A stretch of DNA of 64,000 nt, taken from a virus. Its lineage: Duplodnaviria > Heunggongvirae > Uroviricota > Caudoviricetes. The notes under the pieces were generated by a model. That model saw nothing but the letters and a program-made list of their open reading frames with translations, did no database searches and was not told where the DNA came from. The first letter of the stretch is position 1, and every line of letters begins with the position of its first letter. The stretch is taken from positions 224,001 to 288,000 of IMG/VR virus record IMGVR_UViG_3300025015_000009. One strand, given 5' to 3'. Made by a program: the position numbers and the translations under genes. Shown piece after piece: positions 37,183 to 46,833 of the stretch.

Positions 37183-37524
37183 TTATGCTTGATTTTCTAA
37201 GAATTGTAGGAGATTATTGTTAGAAAGGGTCAACATTACACTGTCTTGCGCCCCGAATAGCAGTATCTCTGTTTTGTCCACAATAAAGAAGGGTGAGTGG
37301 AGGTACTTGCTTAGAAGTAGTATTGTTTTACAGTTTGTTGGAAGGTCGGGGAATACTTTGTGTCGGTAAAACTGGACTTCCAATTCTATTGACAAGAATA
37401 TAAACCCGGCGTCAGATAGTTGGAGGCTGGTTGTGCTGTACGGTGCTGCCCATAACTCTAAGTATGGAGTATCGGTATTTTTTGCTAACAGGCAATCTGT
37501 TAGTTCTTTCTTGCTGATTTGCAT
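37183..37524 (-). CDS. Hypothetical protein
   Basis: Operon ORF. Confidence 0.6.
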   Translation of the reverse strand: MQISKKELTDCLLAKNTDTPYLELWAAPYSTTSLQLSDAGFIFLSIELEVQFYRHKVFPDLPTNCKTILLLSKYLHSPFFIVDKTEILLFGAQDSVMLTLSNNNLLQFLENQA

Positions 37525-37812
37525 TTACGGATAAACATGTTCACCAGCGTTAATTAATACAACCGTGAACCCGTTTGTTTGGAACAACGTGTTTAGTTTC
37601 TTGCATAAGTTAATAGCATGTCCGGGATTCGGAAACGCAGTTTTCTTGTACTTAGGCCCAGGGTAATTAACCAGTATGTTGTGCGTCTTTAGATTAACCG
37701 GGCTGTTATTATAATACACTGCCCATATCCCCTCTGCGCTGAGGACTTGTTCAGTAATATACGTTTTGTTGTTAACTGACTCTAAGATTACTGTAGGTTT
37801 TGGTCTGCACAT
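37525..37812 (-). CDS. Conserved-looking phage hypothetical protein
   Basis: RPKPTV..GPKYKKTAFPNPGHAINL; TAAATA upstream. Confidence 0.65.
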   Translation of the reverse strand: MCRPKPTVILESVNNKTYITEQVLSAEGIWAVYYNNSPVNLKTHNILVNYPGPKYKKTAFPNPGHAINLCKKLNTLFQTNGFTVVLINAGEHVYP

Positions 37813-37819
37813 ATAGTAT

Positions 37820-38314
37820 TTACTCTAATACTGGGCCGCCGCTGTCATTTGCCAGTCTAAGTTGCTCTTTCATCTCCAGTTTGTCTTTAAACGGGCCGCG
37901 ATATTCGTACCGCGTAAGCGTAATTAGTTTCGGGCAAAAGCTAGACACAAAGCCAGTCTCGAACTTAATAATATAGTACCCAGCGCAATAGTAACTCTTA
38001 CTATCCTCTGTCTTCGTGAACACAGGGAGTTTTTTTGCGACATTAAGTAGTTGATTAAAAGGTTCGAACTGGGACGGATATCCGTACACAGAAAATTCGA
38101 TATCAGGAACAGGTTGTTTCTTTACCTTGTTGTCAAATACGATGTTGTACTTATTTTTAAGTCCGGTTATGTCAATAAATTGTTCTCGAACACAATCTTT
38201 ATTAACGAGAACAACGTTCCCATTTTCACCCATTTGGATCGTAGCTACTTTCTCTCCGTCTTTTTCTACTATCCAGAATTTATTCTGGACAACCGGTTTT
38301 GCAGTAAGCATCAT
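37820..38314 (-). CDS. Hypothetical protein
   Basis: AKPVV..KFWIV..SYYCAGYY..CPKLITL. Confidence 0.65.
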   Translation of the reverse strand: MMLTAKPVVQNKFWIVEKDGEKVATIQMGENGNVVLVNKDCVREQFIDITGLKNKYNIVFDNKVKKQPVPDIEFSVYGYPSQFEPFNQLLNVAKKLPVFTKTEDSKSYYCAGYYIIKFETGFVSSFCPKLITLTRYEYRGPFKDKLEMKEQLRLANDSGGPVLE

Positions 38315-38640
38315 GCTGTTTCCTTTTTTGTTGTACACAGAATCTTAAGTGTATTGTATTGATCTCTTAACTCACGCAACCCAGGATGCCGGTCACACAA
38401 GGTTGCTTCTTCCTGTTCGCGCGTCATCTTGTCTTTAGCCCATTTAATCACACCCTGGAGTTCTGGTGTAAGCGACACTGTTGTTGTCGGGGTAGCAATC
38501 TCGCGCCAGGTGTCGTTATCCATAACTTCGAGCCTATTATACCTACCGTGATATCTAACCGATCCAGTAACAGCCGGCGAAATTCCACCAAATTGGCTAA
38601 CTACTAACATGTCATCTGATGATATAATTGTGTGATTCAT
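38311..38640 (-). CDS. Hypothetical protein
   Basis: ATGA overlaps at both ends. Confidence 0.6.
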   Translation of the reverse strand: MNHTIISSDDMLVVSQFGGISPAVTGSVRYHGRYNRLEVMDNDTWREIATPTTTVSLTPELQGVIKWAKDKMTREQEEATLCDRHPGLRELRDQYNTLKILCTTKKETA

Positions 38641-39050
38641 GTACTTTCCTTAATCTCACATAATACGTTTCTTTTATCAAACCAAGATAGAACTACGTTC
38701 TTTGGAATAGGGGAACCGGTGTTACAATTAACTTTCTTTGATATGTATGCGTAGTACGACGCTGCGGTGATTGTATGTATGTTAAATAATCCGTCGAATA
38801 CCCCACTCCACCTGGCTCTCTTAACTTCGTCGAATGCAGCTTGTTTCATAGTTATGCTGGGAAACACATCAAAATATGTAGTAGCTGCTATCAACATTGC
38901 AACTCGATGTGTAGTGATGATTCCGTTCCACCAGACCAAGTATGTGTCAGATGTTCGGTGATAGTACATATGTGGTGTCGGTGACAATATGCTCCACGCC
39001 TTGCCCTCTAATAGAGTAACGTGTTTATATATTACTGTATTCTGCGTCAT
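38637..39050 (-). CDS. Hypothetical protein
   Basis: Operon ORF. Confidence 0.5.
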   Translation of the reverse strand: MTQNTVIYKHVTLLEGKAWSILSPTPHMYYHRTSDTYLVWWNGIITTHRVAMLIAATTYFDVFPSITMKQAAFDEVKRARWSGVFDGLFNIHTITAASYYAYISKKVNCNTGSPIPKNVVLSWFDKRNVLCEIKEST

Positions 39051-39717
39051 TATTAATGTTACCTTCCCAGTTTATGCCATCGGAGTTGTTAATGTAGAAA
39101 TCTAACAGTGTTGGTTCGGGTTCGAATCCATAAGACCAATACTTGATTAAGCGAGATATACTGTTTGTTGAGTTACTTGTGTTTTTCGCGAGCGTCTTGT
39201 TCTTAATGTGAGCTAACGTGTTCTCTCCGCATAGTATTCTTGATCCGTCGGTTACGAGTTGGCACACAGTAAAGTCGAATCGGTTAATCACCTCAAGTGG
39301 AGTTGCTGCTAACTTCTTAATAAGCTGGATTTTCCATTTAGTTATGGAATGCTGCTTGCACGTATACGTTATGGCGTTTTCGGTGACGAAGCAAGATATA
39401 TAGCAAGTTGCATCGGTTCCTTTAATAGTGTTGAGTTTGTTATTGAGTACATTGAGTTGTTTCTCAGACTTGCACCAAACGTCGATATCTCTGTCTTGTG
39501 TAGGGGTTCCATTGTACCATGCTAACACTGCGCCGCCTGCTATCCACGGACCATTCTTAAGATTCGGGGCAATTATCTCGATGGCCGATTGATCGTTTTT
39601 ATGAACAATACCAAGATCAGCAGTTGGAAATTCATCGTCAAGTTCCAATTTGAGGTCCAACCTGGCGGGTACCCAGCAGGAGCTGATACTAACTAGGTCA
39701 CTTAGCTTACATACCAT
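39025..39717 (-). CDS. Pol-beta-superfamily nucleotidyltransferase (CCA/poly(A) polymerase head-like)
   Basis: WIAGGAV..RDIDVW..RFDFTV. Confidence 0.75.
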   Translation of the reverse strand: MVCKLSDLVSISSCWVPARLDLKLELDDEFPTADLGIVHKNDQSAIEIIAPNLKNGPWIAGGAVLAWYNGTPTQDRDIDVWCKSEKQLNVLNNKLNTIKGTDATCYISCFVTENAITYTCKQHSITKWKIQLIKKLAATPLEVINRFDFTVCQLVTDGSRILCGENTLAHIKNKTLAKNTSNSTNSISRLIKYWSYGFEPEPTLLDFYINNSDGINWEGNINNDAEYSNI

Positions 39718-40066
39718 AACGATTATTTAATTCTCTGAGAATTGACAAAATATCTTTCTTGGTTAGTTCTTCGAACACAACGCCATCCCACGCAACATAC
39801 GGATTAATCCCGCGGTATGCTGCCTCGCTATGGTGCGCTTCTCGAACTTTCTTTGACCACCAGATATATGGGTGAGACTCTTCTGCGAACACAGTGATCT
39901 CGTACACAGTCGACGTAATCGAGTCGTAACAGCACGATGCAATGTGTTTGTTGTTTGCATCGGTTAGGTCAATAACGTAAGCAAATGGACCGTAACACGC
40001 CCATTGATACTTAGTGCCTTCTCCGATGTTGCAGTTTGTAGACAGAATCAGTTGGTTGAATTTCAT
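39707..40066 (-). CDS. Hypothetical protein
   Basis: AAGGAG RBS; IGEGTKYQWACYG..AWDGV. Confidence 0.65.
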   Translation of the reverse strand: MKFNQLILSTNCNIGEGTKYQWACYGPFAYVIDLTDANNKHIASCCYDSITSTVYEITVFAEESHPYIWWSKKVREAHHSEAAYRGINPYVAWDGVVFEELTKKDILSILRELNNRYGM

Positions 40067-40086
40067 ACCGTGCTCCTTGTTTGTGG

Positions 40087-41076
40087 TTAAATCGGATATC
40101 CAGCGTTAAGTATCTCACCAAATACGTTTGCTTGGTCTGACAGACGAATAAGTTCGTGAGTGCCACAGAACTTTAAGAACTGTGCTCCGACCATTGGTTT
40201 TTGTTTATGAACAGAACCAGTTGCAATTGTTTGTACTATTTTATCTTTTATGTCAGTTGGCTGCGCGTCTAGGTCAACTAATGTTACGTTTCGGTTGTAA
40301 TCGTCTAGCACTCTGTGGCTCTCACCGTTGTGGTCGACCCACGTCTGTAACATTAGGTTGTTCCAACTGAACCCTTTGCGGTGCTTATCTTGGAACGCTT
40401 CCAGTAGGCCGACTTTCTTAGATGTTCCTTTTGTTCTTACGCCAGGGTATGCACTGAACACATTGTCGGTTGGGTCACCTCGCATACACTTCTCAAACAA
40501 GATCCACTTTGGGTCTCCTAACTGCTTTGGCGTTTTTGTTTTCTTGTCGAGAACCTGCTTGTTCTTACGGTCAAAGAAGCCTTCTAGTGTGATTGTTTCG
40601 TCTGAGATACCATTATATTGAGTTACGTTGTGTGATATAAGTTGATAAAAATCCGAGTCCGAACTCACTATAATATGATCATCCGCTGGATGCGCGGCAA
40701 TCCAGCCAGCTATTAAATCGTCTGCTTCAAGCTCGGCGTGTTGCAATGTGGTGCAATTTGTTTTGTCGATTAAGAAGTCAACAAGAGTATTGTATGTTTC
40801 GTAGAACAGTTTGTCTTCTTCTAGTTCCGAATCAGTTAGTTTAGCTTTCGCTACGGTTCGATTCTTCTTATACGGCTCATAGAAACTTTTCCGCCAAGAA
40901 CGACCCTCGAAACAGAAAACAACGTGGTCTGCTTTCTGTTCTCTCCAGGGTTTTGCAACACTGCCTAGACTTGTGTGTAAGCAGAAACCGAGTTTGTCGT
41001 GCGTTGATGTTTGTTTGTGAGAGACATGCCTTGCCCTCCAGAATAGGTTTGAGCAATCTACGATTAAGTACCGCAT
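40087..41076 (-). CDS. rnh: T4 RNase H-like 5'-3' exonuclease / flap endonuclease
   Basis: IVDCSN, YKKNR, EADDLIA, SSDSDFYQL, GDPTDNV..PGV. Confidence 0.9.
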   Translation of the reverse strand: MRYLIVDCSNLFWRARHVSHKQTSTHDKLGFCLHTSLGSVAKPWREQKADHVVFCFEGRSWRKSFYEPYKKNRTVAKAKLTDSELEEDKLFYETYNTLVDFLIDKTNCTTLQHAELEADDLIAGWIAAHPADDHIIVSSDSDFYQLISHNVTQYNGISDETITLEGFFDRKNKQVLDKKTKTPKQLGDPKWILFEKCMRGDPTDNVFSAYPGVRTKGTSKKVGLLEAFQDKHRKGFSWNNLMLQTWVDHNGESHRVLDDYNRNVTLVDLDAQPTDIKDKIVQTIATGSVHKQKPMVGAQFLKFCGTHELIRLSDQANVFGEILNAGYPI

Positions 41077-41131
41077 TTATGTCCTTTGATTTGTTAACTA
41101 ATTATAAGAGTAACACACCTTACTTGCTAAG

Positions 41132-41356
41132 TCAAGCGGTTTGAGTACTGTTCTGAATTTCGAGCAACGCTGCTATGATCGGTTTGTCGATTTTTGTGTA
41201 TGCAAGTTCTCGACCACGTGCTGCCGCAAGCAAGATCAGTTCGTACCTGTTACCAACAATCTCGACACATTTCTGTGTGTCGACATCTGACCCACGTGAT
41301 TGAATCGTAAGTCCTTTCGGAGCAAGGTTGGCACGTTTCTTGGTAATTTTAGACAT
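41132..41356 (-). CDS. rpoZ: RNA polymerase omega subunit (RpoZ) homologue
   Basis: CVEIVGNRYELILLAAARGREL..KPIIAALLEI aligns with bacterial [31 protein letters not shown]. Confidence 0.75.
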   Translation of the reverse strand: MSKITKKRANLAPKGLTIQSRGSDVDTQKCVEIVGNRYELILLAAARGRELAYTKIDKPIIAALLEIQNSTQTA

Positions 41357-41381
41357 AATATATCCTTTTTAGTTTAGAAAG

Positions 41382-41873
41382 TTACTGTATTTCAGAACGG
41401 CTGTTGCTGATGTTGGCTTTGTTAAACTGTTCTCTTTTTTCAGGATCAGCCATCTCCTGCTCGAACTCTGACATAACAATGTTTCGGCATACATCTTGAA
41501 ACCATTGATCAACAATGTCGCTGTCGGTCTTACCCTTGTACCCAACCCTGATGAGTTTGGCCACAAAAATCTCATTCCAATCTAACGTAAATGCTCCATT
41601 CCCAATATTGTTCGGATCTAACTCAACATTTAGTACTTGAACCCAAGGGTTCCCAGCGGCAGTAGCTTCTTTCTTTTCGTGGTCAATAATCGAATGCAGT
41701 GTAGCGTTACTATTTGCCTCTGGCTCGACTGTTACTTGTTTTTTCTTTCTTTTCTTTTTAGGCACAGCGTCTTGTTTAATAACCCGATTTGGGTTATCGC
41801 CAGGTGACTCACTTACTGGTAAAACGTCAGGCGGTGTATCTTTAAATATAAACGATTTTAGTGTTTTAAACAT
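41382..41873 (-). CDS. Hypothetical protein
   Basis: PWVQVL..GAFTLDWN..IVDQWFQDVC. Confidence 0.65.
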   Translation of the reverse strand: MFKTLKSFIFKDTPPDVLPVSESPGDNPNRVIKQDAVPKKKRKKKQVTVEPEANSNATLHSIIDHEKKEATAAGNPWVQVLNVELDPNNIGNGAFTLDWNEIFVAKLIRVGYKGKTDSDIVDQWFQDVCRNIVMSEFEQEMADPEKREQFNKANISNSRSEIQ

Positions 41874-41887
41874 ATTGTTTCCTTTTA

Positions 41888-42766
41888 TTAGGTTCCGATT
41901 GTGTTTGCAAAGAGCAAGCAATGTAATCGCCCGCTTACATGATATCCGTTTTTTATTGCTCTTGTTGCGATTGCTGATATTACATTGATATCTGACTGTT
42001 GCTCTCTAGATGCGCCTACTGGCATCACATATATTGGAAACTTAATTCCGTGGTCTCGCATCTTCTTAACTGTTGTGTTAAGTTCGTCCCATGCGTCGTC
42101 GGAGTTATTAATAACAAACTTCAGGCACCCGAGCGGTGATACTCGTTGGTACTGCTTAATAACGTCAATGTTAATCGCGTCTTTCTCACCACTTACATTA
42201 AATAGTTTAGGAGAAATGTTCCAGTTGATTGTTTTGTTAAAAAGGGAATTACTGAATGCGTCTTCTATTGGTCGAGTTCCGTTTGTCTCGATCTGAATAA
42301 TATCGGGCGTTGTCATTGGCCAAGTTCTGCATTCCTGAATAATATCAATCATTGCTTGTTGTTGCAGCATCGGTTCCCCACCGGTGAAACACAAGTCTAT
42401 TTTATTATTTGTTACAGGGTGTTCCCATTTGCCTTCATATAACAGTGGGGTGATAGCGTTTCCAAGTGACGTCAAAGTCATGTTAATAGCAAGTGATTTA
42501 AAACGAGCGTCAACAGCATACAACGAGTCACACCCGAAGTCAATTACAGGCAAATCAAGCACATTCTTGTACTTTTTCTCCAGTATACCTTCTACTAATT
42601 CGTGTTGATGTACAATGTTATCTGGACTAGTTGGATATTCAGTCATAAAGCCTGGACACCGAAGATTGCAACCAAAGAGTCTTACAAACACAGTAAGAAC
42701 TCCGGTTCTGTTCCCTTCTCCTTGCACTGATAGGAATACTGGTTCGGCTAATCGAATATTTGACAT
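41888..42766 (-). CDS. queE: 7-carboxy-7-deazaguanine synthase (radical SAM)
   Basis: FLSVQGEG..VFVRLFGCNLRC..CDS, TGGEPM, IETNGT, ISPK, RLH. Confidence 0.92.
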   Translation of the reverse strand: MSNIRLAEPVFLSVQGEGNRTGVLTVFVRLFGCNLRCPGFMTEYPTSPDNIVHQHELVEGILEKKYKNVLDLPVIDFGCDSLYAVDARFKSLAINMTLTSLGNAITPLLYEGKWEHPVTNNKIDLCFTGGEPMLQQQAMIDIIQECRTWPMTTPDIIQIETNGTRPIEDAFSNSLFNKTINWNISPKLFNVSGEKDAINIDVIKQYQRVSPLGCLKFVINNSDDAWDELNTTVKKMRDHGIKFPIYVMPVGASREQQSDINVISAIATRAIKNGYHVSGRLHCLLFANTIGT

Positions 42767-42775
42767 AGTTACCTT

Positions 42776-43009
42776 TTAAGAAAATTTAAGAATGATCAGT
42801 GATAGTAATTCGGGAGAAACCTGTACTCTATTAGAACCGTCGTAATTGTACGACCAGTTGTCTGCAGGGACAGTATCGTGTAACCAATGCCATATTTCGT
42901 GGTTAACCTCTACTGTTCTCCATTCTCTGTTCGGCGTAGGTACTATGTAGAACTTTGACGAGAATCCGGTGTCCATCTCATGAAAATACAAGCAAGGGGT
43001 TTCGACCAT
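42776..43009 (-). CDS. Small protein, distant F..L.W family relative
   Basis: IWHWL..NWS..LLSLIILKFS. Confidence 0.5.
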   Translation of the reverse strand: MVETPCLYFHEMDTGFSSKFYIVPTPNREWRTVEVNHEIWHWLHDTVPADNWSYNYDGSNRVQVSPELLSLIILKFS

Positions 43010-43056
43010 ACTTGTTACTCAGAGTACCTGCAATGTGATTTTTTAGTTTTCATATA

Positions 43057-43647
43057 TCATACTGTTGGTCCGTAATATCTTGCACAGCTCTTCGGAGTTT
43101 CGTGGAACTCGACACATGACACTTTTATTTCAAGTGGTTTCATCTTAAAAGAGATTATATCGAATAACCATTTTGCGAGATTCTCACTTGTCGGTACAAA
43201 ATTTACAATGAAGTATCCTTCGAGAACTTCGTACACAGGAGTACCCAACGGAATGTTATTCAACCGTAATGTCTTGCCAACAACAAGTTCTGACAGAGTC
43301 GAATCAACAACTGTTACACTATCATACGTTATGTCGGGTTGTCCACTTGATACTGTATATGGGTCTGCTACTAAAGCAGTGAACATAGGATCATTTTTAT
43401 CAATAATAAACTTATGATCAATTGAGTTGTCGATAAAATCCTTGAACCAGCCAAGGTGTTTAAAATCTGTTATCATTCCTCTATCAGTAAGTTCTGTTCC
43501 ACTAAGATGGACACGCACTAATCCTTCGTGTCCATGTATATGGCGGCATTTAGCCTTGTTGTCGTTGCCGCAATAATCTGTATTTAGTAACTGGTTGTAC
43601 ACCCGGTGTCCGTAGCAACATGCAAATTCTTTAGATATTTCCCACAT
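43057..43647 (-). CDS. queD: 6-carboxy-5,6,7,8-tetrahydropterin synthase
   Basis: GHRV, CRHIHGH, MITDF, DHKF, PTSENLA, ETPKS. Confidence 0.92.
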   Translation of the reverse strand: MWEISKEFACCYGHRVYNQLLNTDYCGNDNKAKCRHIHGHEGLVRVHLSGTELTDRGMITDFKHLGWFKDFIDNSIDHKFIIDKNDPMFTALVADPYTVSSGQPDITYDSVTVVDSTLSELVVGKTLRLNNIPLGTPVYEVLEGYFIVNFVPTSENLAKWLFDIISFKMKPLEIKVSCVEFHETPKSCARYYGPTV

Positions 43648-43704
43648 GTTTTCTCCTTTAAAAGCTAATTATACGTGATAAAATTATAAAAACAACCAAT
43701 TTGG

Positions 43705-43773
43705 TATAAATAATAGTACAGTTCACGATACTGCCATATCCAACTGCTCTAACGTTCAAGGAGAACATCAGCT
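43705..43773 (+). promoter_or_regulatory. T4-type late promoter plus leader hairpin and RBS for the endonuclease
   Basis: TATAAATA 43705-43712; CAGTT/AACTG and GATA/TATC stems 43719-43746; AAGGAG. Confidence 0.6.
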
Positions 43774-44436
43774 ATGCCTTGTATTTATTACGTCTACGCA
43801 TACATCAGATCTAAAGATTCTAATACAGCAAAAGCAGGTACACCATACTATATAGGCAAAGGCAAGGGAAAACGAGCTTATCAAAAGCATCGGTCTGGTC
43901 CACGAGGAATCGCAGTGCCATCGGATATATCATATATTGTTTTTGTAGAAACCAATTTAACTGAACTAGGGGCTCTTGCATTAGAACGCAAAATGATTGC
44001 TTGGTATGGTCGGCAAGATAACAAATCGGGTATATTGTTAAATAGAACAGATGGCGGCGATGGCACTTCAGGAGCAGTGCGCTCAATCGAGTACTTACAT
44101 AAACTATCATGTCGCATTCGACTGCCTCATTCCGCAAATACACGGGAGAAAATAGGTAACTCTAGTCGAGGAAGGAAAAACTTTACAGAAGAACAAAAGG
44201 TAGAAATGTCAATTCTCCGCAAAAACAATAAATGGTGGAATAACGGTGTTGAACAATGTTTCTCACCAGTTCCACCAGATGAGCTATATAAGAGAGGTCG
44301 CCTGCGTTTTAATAACGTTGGTGCGGCAATCGGCGCAGAAACTAATAAAGGTAAAAAATGGTGGACCAACGAGAAAATTACAAAATTTTCTACCATGTCT
44401 CCTGGCCCAGATTTTAAATTAGGACGTACATGTTAA
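43774..44436 (+). mobile_element. Free-standing GIY-YIG homing endonuclease with NUMOD-type repeats
   Basis: [24 protein letters not shown]; HSANTREKI and KWWNNG repeats; antisense to the cluster. Confidence 0.88.
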
Positions 44437-44508
44437 CATGTTGCTACTCCACACCCTATGTCCCATTTCAAAATTGAACGACTTATCAATTGTCCACTTG
44501 TATTCCAT
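44419..44508 (-). pseudogene. queD: Orphaned 5' fragment of a queD allele
   Basis: MEYKWTIDKSFNFEMGHRVWS matches QueD N-terminus MWEISKEFACCYGHRVYN; has its own AAGGA RBS. Confidence 0.75.
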
Positions 44509-44560
44509 TGTTATCCTTTAAAAGTTTATTTTATTAGTATACATAGTTACGTGTTGATTG

Positions 44561-44769
44561 TCAATCAAATTGACTGCTGGTTGCATGTCTAAATTCCATA
44601 TTTGGAGCAATAACATTGTCAAATAATTGCTCCATCTCAGACCATATCGAACCTCGCTCAGACTGAGTTGTACCTGATGTTAACGGTGAATCTGGCATCT
44701 TTTCTAACCCATAGTCGTGTCTGGTAGTGTAACACATTGCGGTTATAATACCGGTCGAGTAGTAATCAT
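44561..44769 (-). CDS. Hypothetical protein, possibly frameshifted near start
   Basis: IITAMCYTTRHDYGL..MEQLFDNVIAP; the coupled ATG at 44769 is out of frame by one base. Confidence 0.45.
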
Positions 44770-45257
44770 TATGAATTACTATTCCAAAAGTTTTCCCAGG
44801 GAAAAACGATCCAAATATCATCTTCTGCTTTGTTAATATCAACTGCACTGAACGCAATATCAACAGTTGCGTTACTAGCTTGGTTGTCGTACAACATAGC
44901 AAATTTCACGTTATCTTTCCATTTGTCGTGTAGTACCAAAGACGACCAATCAGACATAATCCAATTAACGGTAGCACCAGTGTCATTGATATCATCTACT
45001 ATTAGAATCTTCTTTGTCTCGGCGTCCTCAGGCAGCCAACAATTTGATTCTGGACCGTACTCTGTATTATCCCTGAGGGAGACATCGAGGCTAACCATTT
45101 TACAGTTAAAGTAATTACTGATCATAACTGCTGGTACAGCACCGCCACGAGTGATACCGACGATGATATCAGGTGTCCATTTTTCTAACACCATTTGTCT
45201 GATTATACTTTGAACGTGTGATTGCACCTCGTTCCATGTTACGTGAGTTTTTTTCAT
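44769..45257 (-). CDS. Type I phosphoribosyltransferase (xanthine/guanine PRT-like)
   Basis: VGITRGG, ILIVDDINDTGAT PRPP motif, WIVFPWE. Confidence 0.9.
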   Translation of the reverse strand: MKKTHVTWNEVQSHVQSIIRQMVLEKWTPDIIVGITRGGAVPAVMISNYFNCKMVSLDVSLRDNTEYGPESNCWLPEDAETKKILIVDDINDTGATVNWIMSDWSSLVLHDKWKDNVKFAMLYDNQASNATVDIAFSAVDINKAEDDIWIVFPWENFWNSNS

Positions 45258-45265
45258 ATTATTTC

Positions 45266-45484
45266 CTATTGAAGTGAGCGCGGAACAATTGCACTAATAT
45301 CAAGGTCACCGTCTTCGGTTTCATCCCAATCGACGTCCACTGAATTAGCAAGGAGTTCGTCTTCAGACATTTCTGAGAACATCCTGGTTAACTCTGACGT
45401 CAATGCATCTAGTTCTTCTTGGGTGCCGTCGAACTCGTCAAAGCACCCAGGAACGAATATAACTTCTCTATTATTTTCACTCAT
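45266..45484 (-). CDS. Small highly acidic protein
   Basis: PGCFDEFDGTQEELD; D/E-rich. Confidence 0.65.
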   Translation of the reverse strand: MSENNREVIFVPGCFDEFDGTQEELDALTSELTRMFSEMSEDELLANSVDVDWDETEDGDLDISAIVPRSLQ

Positions 45485-46076
45485 TGTTTTCCTTTGTGTT
45501 AAGTGTGTACCATATTCCTGTGAAAGGCATGATTATACTGTTTTCATTTAAACCGACGTTGTTGTAGTGATCTCGCCGTTCTAGTATCCAGGTGTACCGA
45601 CCAATATCATCTGGATTACTCGAGTATATGTTTATTTGACCAGACTGTGGGTCGATTACATTCTGTGTTACTGTATCGAATATCATTGGTTTTAATCCCA
45701 ATGCTGGTAATGTTCTTGTCCACAGTTTTGCCCCTGACAATGACTGTTCTTTGTCACTTTGAATAGACTTCTTCATTACTTCTTTTACAAACTTATACAG
45801 CTTACCTGCAAGCTGTTTCCCTTTAAACGGGAGGTAAGTTTCGACGTTCTTCGCTTGCCAGACCTTACCATTCATCCTGGATATGAATCCGGCAAATGCA
45901 GCAATGCTACTGTTTTGATCAGTAAAAATAACACATCTTTCGTCATTTGCCTCAAAGTAATATATAACAAAACCATCTTCTATTCCCAACGGTCTCGCTT
46001 TGGCTAATATCTTTTTTACTTGTTCGATAGAGAACGATTGCTCAGGCACTAAGTCTATCTCGGTTAGTTTAACCAT
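45477..46076 (-). CDS. GNAT-fold acetyltransferase-like protein
   Basis: FKGKQLAGKLY..SDKEQSLSGAKLW resembles acetyl-CoA-binding motifs. Confidence 0.5.
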   Translation of the reverse strand: MVKLTEIDLVPEQSFSIEQVKKILAKARPLGIEDGFVIYYFEANDERCVIFTDQNSSIAAFAGFISRMNGKVWQAKNVETYLPFKGKQLAGKLYKFVKEVMKKSIQSDKEQSLSGAKLWTRTLPALGLKPMIFDTVTQNVIDPQSGQINIYSSNPDDIGRYTWILERRDHYNNVGLNENSIIMPFTGIWYTLNTKENNE

Positions 46077-46085
46077 CTATATTTT

Positions 46086-46757
46086 CTATGCGTAAATGTG
46101 TTTAAAGTACTCTGCTCGGACAGAGGAGTCCGATCTAAAACATCCTCCGAGTTTAGAAGTTGTTGTATTAGCAGACTGGTCTTCGACGCCGCGCTGTGAT
46201 ACGCACATATGTTCTGCAACAATAGTAACAGCGATGTTGTCAGTTTTGAGAACATATTGCAATGCATGATAGATTTGTTCAGTTAACCGTTCTTGAATCT
46301 GAGGTCTTTTACTAAAGTACTCAACGATTCTAGGTATCTTACTGAGCCCCAATACTCGTTCACCAGGGATGTACGCAATGTGAGCAAACCCTTTGATAGT
46401 TACAAAATGATGCTCACAACTTGAACTAACCCGGATGTGTTTCTCGACTACCATCTCGTCATAGTTCATTTTGTTCTCAACAGTAGTACACTTGGGGAAC
46501 GCTTCGTAGTCGAGGCCCCAAAATATTTCTCCTACGAACATTTTGGCAACACGTTTTGGTGTTTCGACTAAGCTATCGTCTGTTAGATCGAGTCCAAGTG
46601 TCTTCATAATGTCTGCGAACTTAGTTTCGATGATGTCGATTTTTTCGGTTCGACTTAGTTCGTGTTGAATGACTGGCGTTTCGACTCCGCATTGTACTAA
46701 ATGATTGTGAATTTCTTTTCCGAGAACCGGATCGGTTTTTACTTTATTGAATGACAT
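46086..46757 (-). CDS. folE: GTP cyclohydrolase I
   Basis: ETPKRVAKM, SSCEHHF, GLSKIPR, RPQIQERLT, HMCVSQRG; AAGGAGG RBS. Confidence 0.97.
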   Translation of the reverse strand: MSFNKVKTDPVLGKEIHNHLVQCGVETPVIQHELSRTEKIDIIETKFADIMKTLGLDLTDDSLVETPKRVAKMFVGEIFWGLDYEAFPKCTTVENKMNYDEMVVEKHIRVSSSCEHHFVTIKGFAHIAYIPGERVLGLSKIPRIVEYFSKRPQIQERLTEQIYHALQYVLKTDNIAVTIVAEHMCVSQRGVEDQSANTTTSKLGGCFRSDSSVRAEYFKHIYA

Positions 46758-46833
46758 GTGTTTCCTCCTTGTATAGTATCTATCGTTATACCCCACGCAA
46801 GTTGTTACTTGATCTCGTTACCTTTGTGTAACA

